A DNA stretch of 64,000 bases from Fistulifera solaris (taxonomy: Eukaryota): the NCBI GenBank assembly GCA_030295235.1, contig AP026125.1:1550001-1614000 (forward strand), given 5' to 3'. Under the pieces are notes generated by a model. That model saw nothing but the letters and a program-made list of their open reading frames with translations, made no database searches and was not told the DNA's origin. Numbering within the stretch: position 1 is the first letter of the stretch; each line of letters opens with the position of its first letter. Both the position numbers and the translations under genes were made by a program. Shown here one piece after another: positions 23,088-35,185 of this stretch.

Positions 23088-24803
23088 TTACATCTCCAGG
23101 TTCTGATTTTGAAACGATCGTGCCTTATCTGTTTTAAGCTGTTTTGCTTCCATGTTACGAGCGTGCGCAATACTTTCCATTTGCTCCCAAAGTTCATCTT
23201 CTTCTCGTTTCACCGTCGATGCCCGTGTTTTTAGTTCATTGATTGCACTTTGATAGTGATCACGATCTAGCATTGCCTGAACTTTCTCTGTTTCTGTAAC
23301 AAATCGGGCAGTGCGAGCTTCTGCAATTTGAATACGAAGTCTCACTATTTCTCCGCGCAATGAAGCAATTTCCAACGGGGAAGTAGCAGCATAAGAATCC
23401 TTGCCTTTGTCTTCAATTCTTTTGTTCGTTTCCAGAATATCGTTTCTATCGAAAGAACGGAACTCGTCGTCGGGTAGGTCCCTTTGTGGAGACTCATAGA
23501 AACTAGTCTCAAGAGTGAGATTCGTGTAGCCACGTTGGTTGTCCATTCCACTTTGCCGCAAATCGCAGGGAAGGTCAACATTATCTTGCAATTTCGGCTT
23601 ACTGGGCAACCGAAGACCTGCAATCGCCGTTCTAGGGTTTAGTTTTATTCCAAAACCTCGATTCGTCTCTGCATCCAAATGATGACTTGTAGCAATAGGT
23701 CGGCTGAAAGTCTCACGTTCGTCGTCATTCTGCCAGCTAGGCATCTCTTTCAAAGGTGTATGAAAGTCATCAATATTTGGCTCAATCGTGCTTTCGTCTG
23801 GAAGAAACGGTATGTCGCTCGTACTTCGTATGTGAAGCTGAGCGAAATCAGATGCATCGGCGGTAAAATGAATGTTTTTACTCGCACGCGACGGTGTACG
23901 CTGCGATGGGACCGAGCTTTCATCCCAAGGCGATCTAGCGAATGATCCACTTTGCATGACCTGCTCATCCGGTCTCAGCGTAACATCCATTGCTTCTTCT
24001 TCGAAATTACCGGATTCGTGAAGAAAGAAATCCATGTCATCGTCACGTTGTCGATGAGCCACGGTCGAGTTCAGTCGGTAAACGTCTTTCGATAAAACGG
24101 TGCAATCTGTGACTGTTCTCCCTAACATGAGTCCGGCATTAACAATTGTTTGGTAAGCAAACTTTTTGGTATTCGCGTCGGCTCTGCAAGCTAGTAAAGC
24201 AGGCCTCTGATGAACAAGTTCTGCCGCATTCTGGTCTTTGAGTTGATTTGCTTGAGCGCTTCGTCGTACCAGGCCATCCTCTTCATTCCTCTTTGCACCG
24301 CAAGACGAAAAGAGAAGAGCGCTGTCCAGCAAGGATCCACGACCTTGCAGATGACGCAACCGAGGAGTCGTCACACTTTCCAACTGACGAAGGTTTGCCG
24401 CACACAACAAAGGATATCGCGAAATAACATTTTGATCATTCGTGTCAGCGTCTTGACTATCCTCTTTGTTGTTCTCCTCGACGGCAAGGACGTGAGACTC
24501 CCGTGGTATTGAATGCGTGACCGATGTAGGTGAAATCAGTTTTGGTGCTGGATGACTCGTTTCTCGTCCTCGTTTCAGCGTTGCCTGAATAATCGGACTC
24601 ATGAACGCCGACGTCCGAGTCAATTCCGTAGGGACGTGTAATGTTTCTCTTGCCTGCCGCAGTCGTTCCTCTTCGAGTTTTCGTTGTTGTCTGCGAGCGA
24701 AACGTTCTCTCACATCCGCATACGATGGGCGTCCGGGGGACTTGGACAACCGGGCATTTAACGGCGTTTGTGCCGTTGCATCGGCTTCACCGATGTCCGT
24801 CAT
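23088..24803 (-). CDS. Hypothetical low-complexity protein with C-terminal coiled coil
   Basis: ~570-aa open frame; heptad-like C-terminus LEIASLRGEIVRLRIQIAE...; no recognisable family. Confidence 0.6.
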   Translation of the reverse strand: MTDIGEADATAQTPLNARLSKSPGRPSYADVRERFARRQQRKLEEERLRQARETLHVPTELTRTSAFMSPIIQATLKRGRETSHPAPKLISPTSVTHSIPRESHVLAVEENNKEDSQDADTNDQNVISRYPLLCAANLRQLESVTTPRLRHLQGRGSLLDSALLFSSCGAKRNEEDGLVRRSAQANQLKDQNAAELVHQRPALLACRADANTKKFAYQTIVNAGLMLGRTVTDCTVLSKDVYRLNSTVAHRQRDDDMDFFLHESGNFEEEAMDVTLRPDEQVMQSGSFARSPWDESSVPSQRTPSRASKNIHFTADASDFAQLHIRSTSDIPFLPDESTIEPNIDDFHTPLKEMPSWQNDDERETFSRPIATSHHLDAETNRGFGIKLNPRTAIAGLRLPSKPKLQDNVDLPCDLRQSGMDNQRGYTNLTLETSFYESPQRDLPDDEFRSFDRNDILETNKRIEDKGKDSYAATSPLEIASLRGEIVRLRIQIAEARTARFVTETEKVQAMLDRDHYQSAINELKTRASTVKREEDELWEQMESIAHARNMEAKQLKTDKARSFQNQNLEM

Positions 24804-25304
24804 CTTCAGTGCACTGATTTCTTCGGTAAAGACGTTCAAAAGCAGAATATTCAATTGAGCTTCAGTGCATTCATGTTCAGTGGATCGATCGGTCGAGGCC
24901 TTGGTCTCTTATTTGCTTGCACCTTGAAATTTCGTCCATTTCCGCCGTACACAAGAACGAAATATTTCCAAAACGAGTTTCGAATTAAATAGACCTCGCT
25001 GCGACCTGTAAGTATCTATTTTTGTGTAATCGTATGTTTGAATTTTCCGATAGATTTCTAAGGATTATTCCGGGACTGGCCCTAATCACGCAAAAGGTAA
25101 TATACTTCTTTTGCACTGTCAAAGGAGAAGACGTTTCGGAACATGGTTCGAAACACGACCGTTCAGAACTATCCGCAATAAATTTAGCTGGTCGGCGACG
25201 CGACGCATTTCTTCGCCTTTGGCGACCGCAAAAAGCGTTCACAACATTATTTTTCGAACAACAAGGACGGCTTCCATTGCTTCGAAAGACGGCCTAGAAC
25301 AAAC

Positions 25305-26324
25305 ATGGATTTCATCGAATGGGCTGCTCATTTTCCGACGGAACGCGGAAGTTGGGCGGAGTTTGTCAAGGATGTCACGATCGGCATCATCGCCGGTCAT
25401 TTGCGGTGCATGTCCATGATCTATAAATTCGCCAAACATCAAGTGTTACGGCGTGCTCTGAAAAACGTGGGTCTTGTTGAAGAAATCTATCCGACAATTC
25501 AAAATGGTAAAATAGACTACGCCTTTGTTGGTTATGGGAGAACTGGAACGGTGAGTCGTCACTGCTTGTATTCTTGGTCGTCAATATTGAACAAAGCGAC
25601 TTACACTATTTCTTCTTGACAGTTTTCTGTTTATCTAGCGCTGAAACAACTTGGATTCAAAGGTGTTCACTCAGAGGAATGGGGAGACCAGCCGGAAGTT
25701 CTCGATTACTTTCATGAGCATATGGTCAAGCCGTCGATTGATGCGGGAGAAGTCATCGTCGGTGACCCTGATATGCGCGTGATTGCGAATTATGGATACA
25801 CGGCGGTATTCGATATTGTTCCAGCAATCTACTATGAGCAAATGCTCAATCAATTTCCCGATTGCAAATTCATTTTGACTTCGCGTGACAGTGAATCTTG
25901 GTTCGAATCTTGGACGAGCATGACACAGATCGTCAGCACACCCTTACATTTGGCGGGAAAGTTGTTTCGTTTGCCTGCTTTGACAAAGGGTTCGGATTAT
26001 ATTCGGTGGCTGTTCGCTTACTTGAATCAGGACGCATCGATTCTAACTGCCCCTTGGCCCACCGATATCACAAATCGTGAAACAGCCATTCCGATGTACG
26101 AAGCGCACAACAAACGTGTACGAGAGATCATTCCACCAGAGAAGCTTCTCGAATATCATCCCCGAGAAGGATGGGAGCCTCTTTGCAAATTCATGGAGTT
26201 GGATCCCTGTCCCACGACGCCGTTTCCTCACAGTAATTCCCGTCTTTCGATGCGCGTTCAAGCTTGGTCGGCATTCTTGTTGTTGCTGGAAGGTGCCCTG
26301 GTTCTCTTTTTGGTGTTTCACTGA
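25305..26324 (+). CDS. P-loop sulfotransferase-family protein; intron 25551-25622; C-terminal TM (true stop may be ~26377 if a T-run indel is corrected)
   Basis: VGYGRTGT|FSVYLALKQLGF, PDCKFILTSRDSESWFES, YEAHNKRVREIIPPEKLLEY, EGWEPLCKF, PFPHSN. Confidence 0.82.
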
Positions 26325-27206
26325 TTCGAAAGCTTTTTGCGCCCAAGAAAAAGCAAACGAAAGCCAAAGTATTGTGAAAACAATGATGTAAAGGCGATCG
26401 CTGGGTCAACCATGATGCGTTTCAATAACGAGTGCGTCGCACTTTGAGTAATCGAGTTCATTTATTAACATTTGAACCTGTACGAGTGGTAGTACGAAAT
26501 AAATTTAATCAGCATAGGTTAATTGACTATTTCTGAGTGAAAGGAGACGCTTGAGGGGGCGATAAAACTGGTACCGGTACTTTATACTGTTGTACGTCAT
26601 CAAGCCTGTCCGTAATCTTAAGACCTTTTCGAGGTAAAGGTAATACTTCGGCCGCAAAGAGTCGATGCGTGCATTTCTAACGCCGCGACATGTAACAGCA
26701 TCCAAGTAAGGACAAACGTAGTCCCGATCCTGCGGAACGAGCGGGAGTTCGGGAGCAAAGCGTTCTGTGGATTCATGACTGATATTCAGTCGTGGAGAAC
26801 GTCGTTTACACTTTCGCTTACAGTGAAACATGGAAAACAACGGTTCGCAGGCTTTTTGACGTGAGATGATTTGAGGCGCGTTTTTGTAATGCTGTAGTTG
26901 CATAGAAATAAGGACGAAGTAGTTTACCAAGCTGGTGGTATGAATGGAGGTCTTTTTAGAATTAATATTGACTCACTCATGACTTATGAATATGCAGTCT
27001 TGGTAAGGTGATGCCACTTTCTGGGTGATAGTAAAAGGAAATCTGTCTGTCTTCGTTCGCGCGCAGATCTCCAATCAGGGTACTGCGTGCACCGCACTTT
27101 ACTTGCGCATTATTAGCATTGAAATGAAAAGCTACCTGGTAGATATCTTGCGCATAATTACAGCATATCATTGCACCGCAGTTAAACCTAATCATTATGA
27201 CTAACG

Positions 27207-30200
27207 ATGCATCGAGAACGATTTCGTGTTATTTGGAGTACCCGCGCCCAAGAAACGTACAACCTGTTTGCGCGGCTGCCGCGTCGAACCGCCCAGCGCC
27301 TAGGTAATGGACAAGGCAAAGAGAATACGTTTCTTCCTCTTGCTCTACGCTTTGAGGAAGATGAGGATCCTGTATTCGCTTCTTTCAACGGAGGATTCAT
27401 TGAGGGTGCGGCACAAGATTTAGGTGAGTTTCTGCGATGAGCGACTCTTTTTTTGCAGTTCATTATGAATAAGGACCAATGAGGAATCAGCTGATTTGTC
27501 AAGACAACTGAAAGCTTATATGTTGATCAAAACCACTGTTGCCTTCCTACCGAGGTTCGACATATTTTTTACTAGCTAGCGTATCGTTTCTCGGCTTTGC
27601 TCTCACAATCAAGTATTCTAATTTGAATTCTTAGACGCGCAAGTCATTGAGTTACCCCGTCAGCTTTTCAGAAATCAGGAAACAAAGACGCATATATGGA
27701 TAGAGTGTATACCGATGCCGTTCACAGCGAAGGAAATCCACGTTGAACCATTGACTTATCGGGACTGGGAATTGTTGGAGGCATGGTCCTGTCAACTCGA
27801 AGAGTTCTTGTTGCAGCAAGTTTCGATCGTTTACCCCGGACAAACGCTTGCTTTACAAGTGAACAAGGGTACCACTGCTTGTGTGCAAGTGAGGCGATCT
27901 GGCTTTCAAGCAGCTGCAAATCCGTGGGAAGATGAGACCGTACTGCAGGACAGGCTTCAGTGTCTTTGTTTGAAAAGCGATACTTCAGTCAGCGTCTCGC
28001 CAAAAACAAGGCCTTCATCTGATCAAGACGCGCGTCTTCTTCTCGTTCCCTGTCTGCAAGACTATAGCGCGTCGATGCAACAGTTCGCCAAATCTTTCAA
28101 TGTCGATGTCGTAAATGTTCCTCTCTTTTCAGCTGCAGTACATCCAGAAACGCTGAGCATGATTCTTGGGCCCAAGCTTTCGGGACACTTGACGGCATGC
28201 AACGCTTTGCTACAATATGACGCTGAGAAACGCCAGATGCGGAAAGAAACTGCTATCGTTCGATTAACCACATCCGAACTGGTGGCCAAGAATGCAATCG
28301 GTAGGTAGTTCGATTTGTGTCATGATCGCCTTCCTTGTCGGTGACGAACAACACCATGCTAATTCTGAAACATCATGTGTGACGAGATTTAACTCAATTT
28401 ATTCTGAGATACTTGTGATGTTTGTCTGATTGGTAATTACTGCTCGACATTTATTCTAACGTTTCGTCGCCTCCGTGCACACAGCTGTTTACCCATTAAT
28501 TCGCTTGAAACTAAACGGCCGACTTCTGATTGATCACATGGCGATTCGCATTCTAGAAGAATCAGACATCAAGTTGGTCAATAATGAACATCTGTTGAAA
28601 ACTGGTCGTCTATCACTTTGTCCGGTAATTATCACCGGAAATAGCAGGGTGTCCAAGTGGCGTCGACCCGATATCATTTCTGGTTTCGACTGCATAAGTT
28701 CACTTCCAGAAAACACAAATGGGTTTAATTCTTCAATCTTTCAACATTGTTTTATTGACTCAGGGAGCTACGTGACTCTCCCGCTGGTCGAGTCTCATAG
28801 TTATGAGCGGACTTTGTTTCGAATTGATTGCGTGGAGAGCCACTCATTTTTGCCTGTGGATTGCTTACAACCACTTTTTGAAAACAGCCCACAGCCGAAG
28901 AGCGAACCGGAACTTATTCGCCGTGACTTGGATGTCAGCTTGGTTGATACACTTCCAGATGTAATTCTTATCGATGAGGAACTTGCTGAAAGCGTTATAA
29001 AATTTCTGGATCTACGTGGCTTTGTAATTTATGGGCAAACGGGCAGTGGTAAGACCCATCTAGCTCTTTTGCATGCGACACATTCGCAATTGAAAGAAGG
29101 ACGCGGCACCATTTACTTAGACTGTCGGAAGCTTCGCGAGACTAGGGAGCTATCAATACAAAACCTTGTACAAGAGGTTGTTAAAGTGTTCGAAGATGCA
29201 ACAAATTTCCTCTCCTGTACCGTCATTTTAGACGATCTCGACCAAATCGTTCCCTCAGTTGCATCGTCTTCAGACTCGAATGAAAGCTCACGAGTGCAGC
29301 AAATTAATCCTGCAACTGTACAACATTCTAAGTTGATGAGCGATGCGTTGTTTCACGCAATAAACTACGCCCGAACAATGCTGAACGGACAAATTCGCGT
29401 CATTGCGACGTGTGAGTCGCCGCATTCCATTCCCGCAGAAATATTCAAATTGATTGGCGACGAAACCGCTGTTTTGGTTCCCCAATTATCGGCACGCAAT
29501 CGTGAGAATTTGTTTCTCAAGATCCTTCAGTCGCGAAATGTCCATGTTCCTGTAAGTGGAGAGCTCAGCGTGCCAAGGATAACTGAGGAATATCGAGCGC
29601 GTGATATCCGTCATCTTGCCCTTCGCGTTGCAAAGAAAATAGAGAGTGCTATCCCAGGTGCAGTTCCAGAGTTCGGTGAAATTTTGAACGAGGAGGTCAC
29701 TTCCTATGTTCCGATGAGTCAAGTCAATGCATCGGTGGAACGTATTGACTTGTCAATTTCCTGGACAGAGATTGGTGGTCTATTTCGAGCGAAACAAGCT
29801 CTGCTTGAAACTGTTATTAGACCGTCACTTTACCCGCGAATTTATGCGAACTCGAAAGTCCGACAGCCCAATGGTATTCTACTGTTTGGCCCACCTGGAA
29901 CTGGAAAAACATGCATTGTACCTGCGTTGGCCAAGAAATGTGGATATAGACTGGTCACATGCAGAGGCCCCGAACTGCTAGACAAATATATCGGCGCTTC
30001 AGAGGCCAATGTGCGCAAATTATTTGCTCGGGCTGCTTCGGTGGCTCCCTCTATTCTCTTTCTCGACGAGTTGGACGCCCTTGCTCCACGTCGGGGCTCG
30101 GACAACACTGGCGTCACAGACCGTATCGTGAACCAGCTTCTCACGTTTCTGGATGGCGTGGAAGAAGTATCAGCTGGTAAAGTGTACGTGGTTGCTGCAA

Positions 30201-30685
30201 CTTCCAGACCCGATAAAGTAGATCCAGCACTTTTACGGCCCGGCCGGTTGGAAAAGCATATTTACCTTGGCTATCCGAGCCTACAGGAAGCAGAAGACAT
30301 TATCTCGAAGATCGCTTTGCGCTACACTCTTACGAATGAGGCGAGCGAAATCATTGAGGATGGTTCACTTGTTCGCCAGTTACCTGCCACGGTCTTTTCT
30401 CATTTGTCGCCAGCAGATATCAAGGGGGCTTTCGATCGTGCCAATGTTGATGCTATTCGGCAAACGTTAACAGCAGGCGAAAAGTCTAAAGAAATTCAAA
30501 TAAATGCTGAGAAGGTGGCGAGCGCCTTAAAATCGTGCCAACCGTCTCTATCCAAAGATGAATACGAAAAGTTGATTTCATGTTATGCTTCGCTTCGAGG
30601 ACTAGAAGGTCGGGGCCAAGATTCAGGCTCTCGGGTCGAATCCTCAGGATCGAATGGAAGCCACCTACGTGCGGCTTTGAAGTAG
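27207..30685 (+). CDS. PEX1: Peroxisome biogenesis AAA ATPase PEX1; introns 27424-27634 and 28301-28484
   Basis: N-domain VEPLTYRDWELLE..LLQQVSIV; D1 GQTGSGKT/LDDLD; D2 GPPGTGKT, GPELLDKYIGASE, LAPRRGSDNTGVTDRIVNQLLTFLDG. Splice junctions preserve frame. Confidence 0.92.
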
Positions 30686-30813
30686 TAGTAATTGTTCAAT
30701 ATATATATCTTAGATTCAGATTATTGTGATTAGTCTGTGATTGCCTTATTGTCGTGAAAAAGCGAGCTACAAATCGAACTTTGGTCATAGCTAATAGGAC
30801 GAGGAACAGAGTG

Positions 30814-33034
30814 CTAACTCCCTTCCTTAGCGTTTCTTTCAGCTTCAAATACTATTGGGTCCTCCAGCTGTCCGCCAGTCAAAGACTCCAACAAAGCTAT
30901 CTCAAACCAGTTTAAATTCCATCCCTGTTGACTTGAAACTATATTGAGAACTTGCACACCCGAGGACAGGTTTACCACATGCGATACATCAGTCCACTTC
31001 TGCCATTCCTTTGTTGCAGGGATGCTCTGTATTTCTCCTATAATCGAACCGTCCTTTTCAATACGAAAACTTCCATCTCCGTCGATACTAGCAACTCGGT
31101 ACGTTATTTCATAATCGCCGGCAACAGTAACGTTCAGCTTATAGGAAGCCGCCACACCTTTGTTGAGCCAACCCAGATTGAATCCCCCAGTATCAAGTTC
31201 ATCTGCAGTATTCTCTATCACTGCATTTTGCAACCGACAAAAACTTTCTGCTTCGATTCGCTCTAATTTATCTGGAGTAATGGTGTACGAAGGAGCTGCC
31301 TGGTCGCATTCAGTGTTCACACCCATAATCGCAACCGTCACTGCTTCATTCAAAGTACACTTTTCCAGCTTCGCGTTGTCTGCCACGTCAAACATGATTT
31401 GATTTGCATTTAAAATGTCCAATTTCTCGTTCTGCCATTTGTCAAGCAGCGCATAGTATAAATTTGTCCCTAAAATTGTAAAAGGACTTGATGGAGCGTC
31501 TATCTTTTCCACGGGAAAAAGCTCCACCCGATTTGGTTTCTTTCAAACAAATCAACAGCTTCTTGGTACCACTTGTTATGGTTCTCCCCGGCTTGCATCA
31601 TAAGAATCGGTACATGGTTGGTGGCGCGAAATTCCAGGTATGCTTGAAGGGACTCTAAGTTGTTCTCTGTCCAGTAATGGTGAAAACCCAACGCTGTGTT
31701 GTTTCTCGATATTGGGAAAATTCCTTTGTGATGAGTTCCGCCACAATTACCATTGAGAATGAACATGTGATTGGGATCAACCTGACGAATCTCTTCTATA
31801 GCTCGCTCGTAAAATGTTTTGAGCGGTGTGTTGTCAACTTCTTTGCAATCATTGGTGTTGTTACTTTGAAAAATCCAATCGACGGCGCCCAATAGATCGT
31901 AGCCAGCAACCCATTCATTGTCTCTGTACCGACGAGCTATTTCACGCCACAGGGCAATTGTCTTACGAATGTTTTCATCATCTTCCCACAGGGAAGGTTT
32001 CGTTATGTCGTAATCATACGCTGAGGAAGCTCTACCCTGTCCTCCCGGGGCTACTTGTAAAACTATGGCTAGATAAATCTCCTCTTGCGTACACCAGTCG
32101 ACGAGCTGATCAAGGAGATCAAAGCCTGTGAGCAGCCATGTATCATGGCCGCGCTCCGGCTCTTTTCGATAGGAAGTGTGAACAGATCGTAATGTAACGG
32201 TGCTTGAAAGAGATTGAATCCAAGGCTCTTCAATTTCTGGACGTCCTTTAGCGTAACGTAATTTTCTAGCCACTGTTTCCGAAACGAGGCAGTATCTGTA
32301 TAGCCGATGCGATCACGCAATAAATTGAGAAATTCGGTCGGAGTTTTCACCAGTTCATCCGCCAACATCATGTATGGTTCATGTACCATCCAACCTCCGA
32401 GACCCATGCCTTTGAAGTGAAGGATATTGCCTTTAGCATCAAGAATTTCGCGACCATGGGCCCTCACGAAACCTGTCGCTTCTTCAATAGTTTCAGAAAT
32501 TTCCCCTATTTCCTCAATATTGAGCGACTGTAAGTTCCAGCCTGGCTCAATGGAGCGAAGCAGTAGGGTAGACGATCCCTCTGGCAAACGAACATCGCGG
32601 CTGATAGAGTCGTAAACGTCGGCATCACCAGTATGTGGAACAGTTTCTATGCTAGCATAGATCTCTTTCGTAAAAGCATTTTCAAATCGGAAAGCCCCTT
32701 CACCATCGGCACTTGATATCTGAAATTGCACGCGATAGTAGGTCGAATTCAGCAGATTTACATCATACGCAACCCAGTCCCCTTTGGAAAGTGAAGCGAC
32801 TCTATTTTCACCAACAGTTGTTGATTGTTGCTCCGCTCCATCAAGCTCACAATAGCTTGAGGCTGGAATGAAGAGGAATGAAGACGCTTCTTCCAAGTCA
32901 TCGTACGATCCGCATTCGTTTTCTGTCAATGGCGTGCGGGTCCCGCAAAACGCAAACCGCTCATCGAAGAGACGGCGCCTTCCAGCAACGATTGGGTATA
33001 TCCACGGAAGTAAGGCGGGCGACCTTAATATCAT
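30814..33034 (-). CDS. CBM6-GH5-CBM6 protein, bacterial-type GH5 with catalytic residues substituted; frameshifts ~32165, ~31507
   Basis: GMGLGGWMVHEPYM, LFTLPIEKEP..TWL.GF.L.DQL..WC, APGGQG, LWREIARRY..W.AGYDL; CBM6-like IEAESF..NLGW..Y.ITYRVAS..T..WQ.W..GWNLNW on both sides. Confidence 0.8.
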
Positions 33035-33615
33035 TTTCGATATTGACTACGATAATAATGGAGAACGAAGACCTTCGTAAAGCATTTCATTGCCGAGATG
33101 ATGGCCTTCTGAAAATCTTGATGATGGGTTTTCTTTGTAAATTTTGTCGATTTTTGAACGTTTCCACGTCAACGGAAAACTTTAGTATGTGTAGAAAAGT
33201 AGTACCGTGTCGCTCCATGTTTGATGTAATATGTAGCCTACTGTATATCGCCATCGTGCGAAATATTTTTGCACATGTTATGGGGATCACGGCCAAAGCA
33301 AGAAGATTACGACCTCTTCCTAGAGAGTCTAGTTTCCAGCTAAACTAGAAAACATTGCAATGGCATTAAAGCGTCAAAGATTGCAGTTCGTCTTGGTCTC
33401 AACTATACAGATCGTATAGCTAGATTCTGCAACGTCATTGTAAGCGACACACAAAGCCTGTCTCAGACTGCGACCGAAGGGGACTATGCGGAAAAGCGGA
33501 AAAGAATACTCTATGATTTGTTTAGCGAGCGATTAGGGGCCTTGGTTTTGGGACAAGACACGACAACAGAACCCTCGTAATTTGAATCAAAAGCGCCTCG
33601 GCTACGAGTCGCATT

Positions 33616-34728
33616 TCAATCCTCCGTTTGAGAAGTTATCAGTTTTGAAACTTGAGGGATTGCCTCCAGTACAGGTAATCGCCGGAAAAACTCTTTAGCC
33701 CTGTTCAATACGTTTTCTCGATCAATTTTTTCATTCATACTATCATTGTGTTGTTGAAGAATTGGATCGTCTTCATCTTCGTCGTCACTAATCGCAAGAA
33801 TATCCGAACGATGCCGAGATGACCGCAACAACGACGACGGCTGCCTGCGTTGTTTGCGAGTATGTATCCACCGCACTACAATTCCCGACGGCCGATCTGC
33901 CATGGCCTGAAAATCGAGTCGGACCCTCAATCGTGACGCAATATGAAAATGAATCTGTTGCGTATCGTCTTCGTGCTTAATGACGGTCATTTTTGGATCC
34001 CATTGTTGACGAATTGTGTTTATGATTTGCTGATGTACCCAGTCACGATAACAAGCTCGATAGAGTTCTTGCGCAAACGCTCGTAGAGGCTCCATCCATT
34101 CGACACGCCATTGATCCGGCTCGGTCAAAGGGCCCACCGACACCATACCTCCCATGTGTTTTTGCCAAATACGAGCCAATGGAATAGACCGAGGTAAAGT
34201 GTGCTGTACGAGTCGCAAGTAGAGTTCCGGTGCTGAAATCTGACGACTGCGACGACGCGGAGCTGTCGAAACAGCGTCCAAGAAACAATGGTAACAAGCC
34301 ACAAAGCGCCCCTGCCAGGAAATATCCAATCGTAATGCTAAGACTTCTTTTGAAACACATGGCAACAGCGATATACCTGCTAATCGATACGCCGCCGCCA
34401 AAGTCCGTTGTTGTCGAACTTCTTGTAGTCTCTGTGCGAGCGAAATGGATGGGTCGGCTTTGGCGTTGTCGACAACCTCAGGATGCCACATGCGAAGATA
34501 CGGGCGATCCGTTTCGTACGATGATGATTCATCTTGTGCGACAAGTCGTCCCGACGATTGAGTTTGTTTCATTTCAGCTATTTTTACTTGTAGCGCAATG
34601 CGTCGTTGTCGCAACTCTTTCAATCGACTCGACTGTTGCTGTGCTTGTCGACGGGCAAGTTTTTGCAGAAATCCTTGGTGAATTTCGACCAAGTCCTTCT
34701 TTTCTGATGCTGATTGCAGGTTGCTCAT
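33616..34728 (-). CDS. Possible CENP-O-like kinetochore protein
   Basis: N-terminal coiled coil, then YRLAGIS..LALRLDIS..YHCFL..LRLVQHTLPRSIPL, resembling the CENP-O RWD signature (HTxPxxIPL). Confidence 0.55.
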   Translation of the reverse strand: MSNLQSASEKKDLVEIHQGFLQKLARRQAQQQSSRLKELRQRRIALQVKIAEMKQTQSSGRLVAQDESSSYETDRPYLRMWHPEVVDNAKADPSISLAQRLQEVRQQRTLAAAYRLAGISLLPCVSKEVLALRLDISWQGRFVACYHCFLDAVSTAPRRRSRQISAPELYLRLVQHTLPRSIPLARIWQKHMGGMVSVGPLTEPDQWRVEWMEPLRAFAQELYRACYRDWVHQQIINTIRQQWDPKMTVIKHEDDTQQIHFHIASRLRVRLDFQAMADRPSGIVVRWIHTRKQRRQPSSLLRSSRHRSDILAISDDEDEDDPILQQHNDSMNEKIDRENVLNRAKEFFRRLPVLEAIPQVSKLITSQTED

Positions 34729-35185
34729 GTTTCTTTACATTCACGTTTCCTTCTAAAAGAGAAGATTGTAATGATTGGAGGGGTAAGAGATGTTCTTTGT
34801 TTCTTTGCGATTTATTTGTAAGCTTTTAAAGGTTTATCACCATCGTCGCGATGATGATTCGCGATCTCGTCGTCGTCCGCGTCGTCGTCTTTGATCGCGG
34901 CACGAAGTTTTTTATCCCCCTGCTCCGCTTCCCTGACGGCAGGCGCGAAGTACCTACTACTTATTAGTATACTTAATATGGTAACTGGAACGAAAAGTAA
35001 TGTTAGGGAACACGTCGGACACGGATTGTGATAATCCAAACCGTATCACGGGTCACAACGTCACAAAACCCAGCATCGTCGGTTACCGCGTTTAACGACA
35101 CGACAAAAATTGACGACCCAACGACAACTTTCACTTTGTTGTCGTGCCTTTAATAAAATATTGCTGCACTAATGCTTGCTTTACA

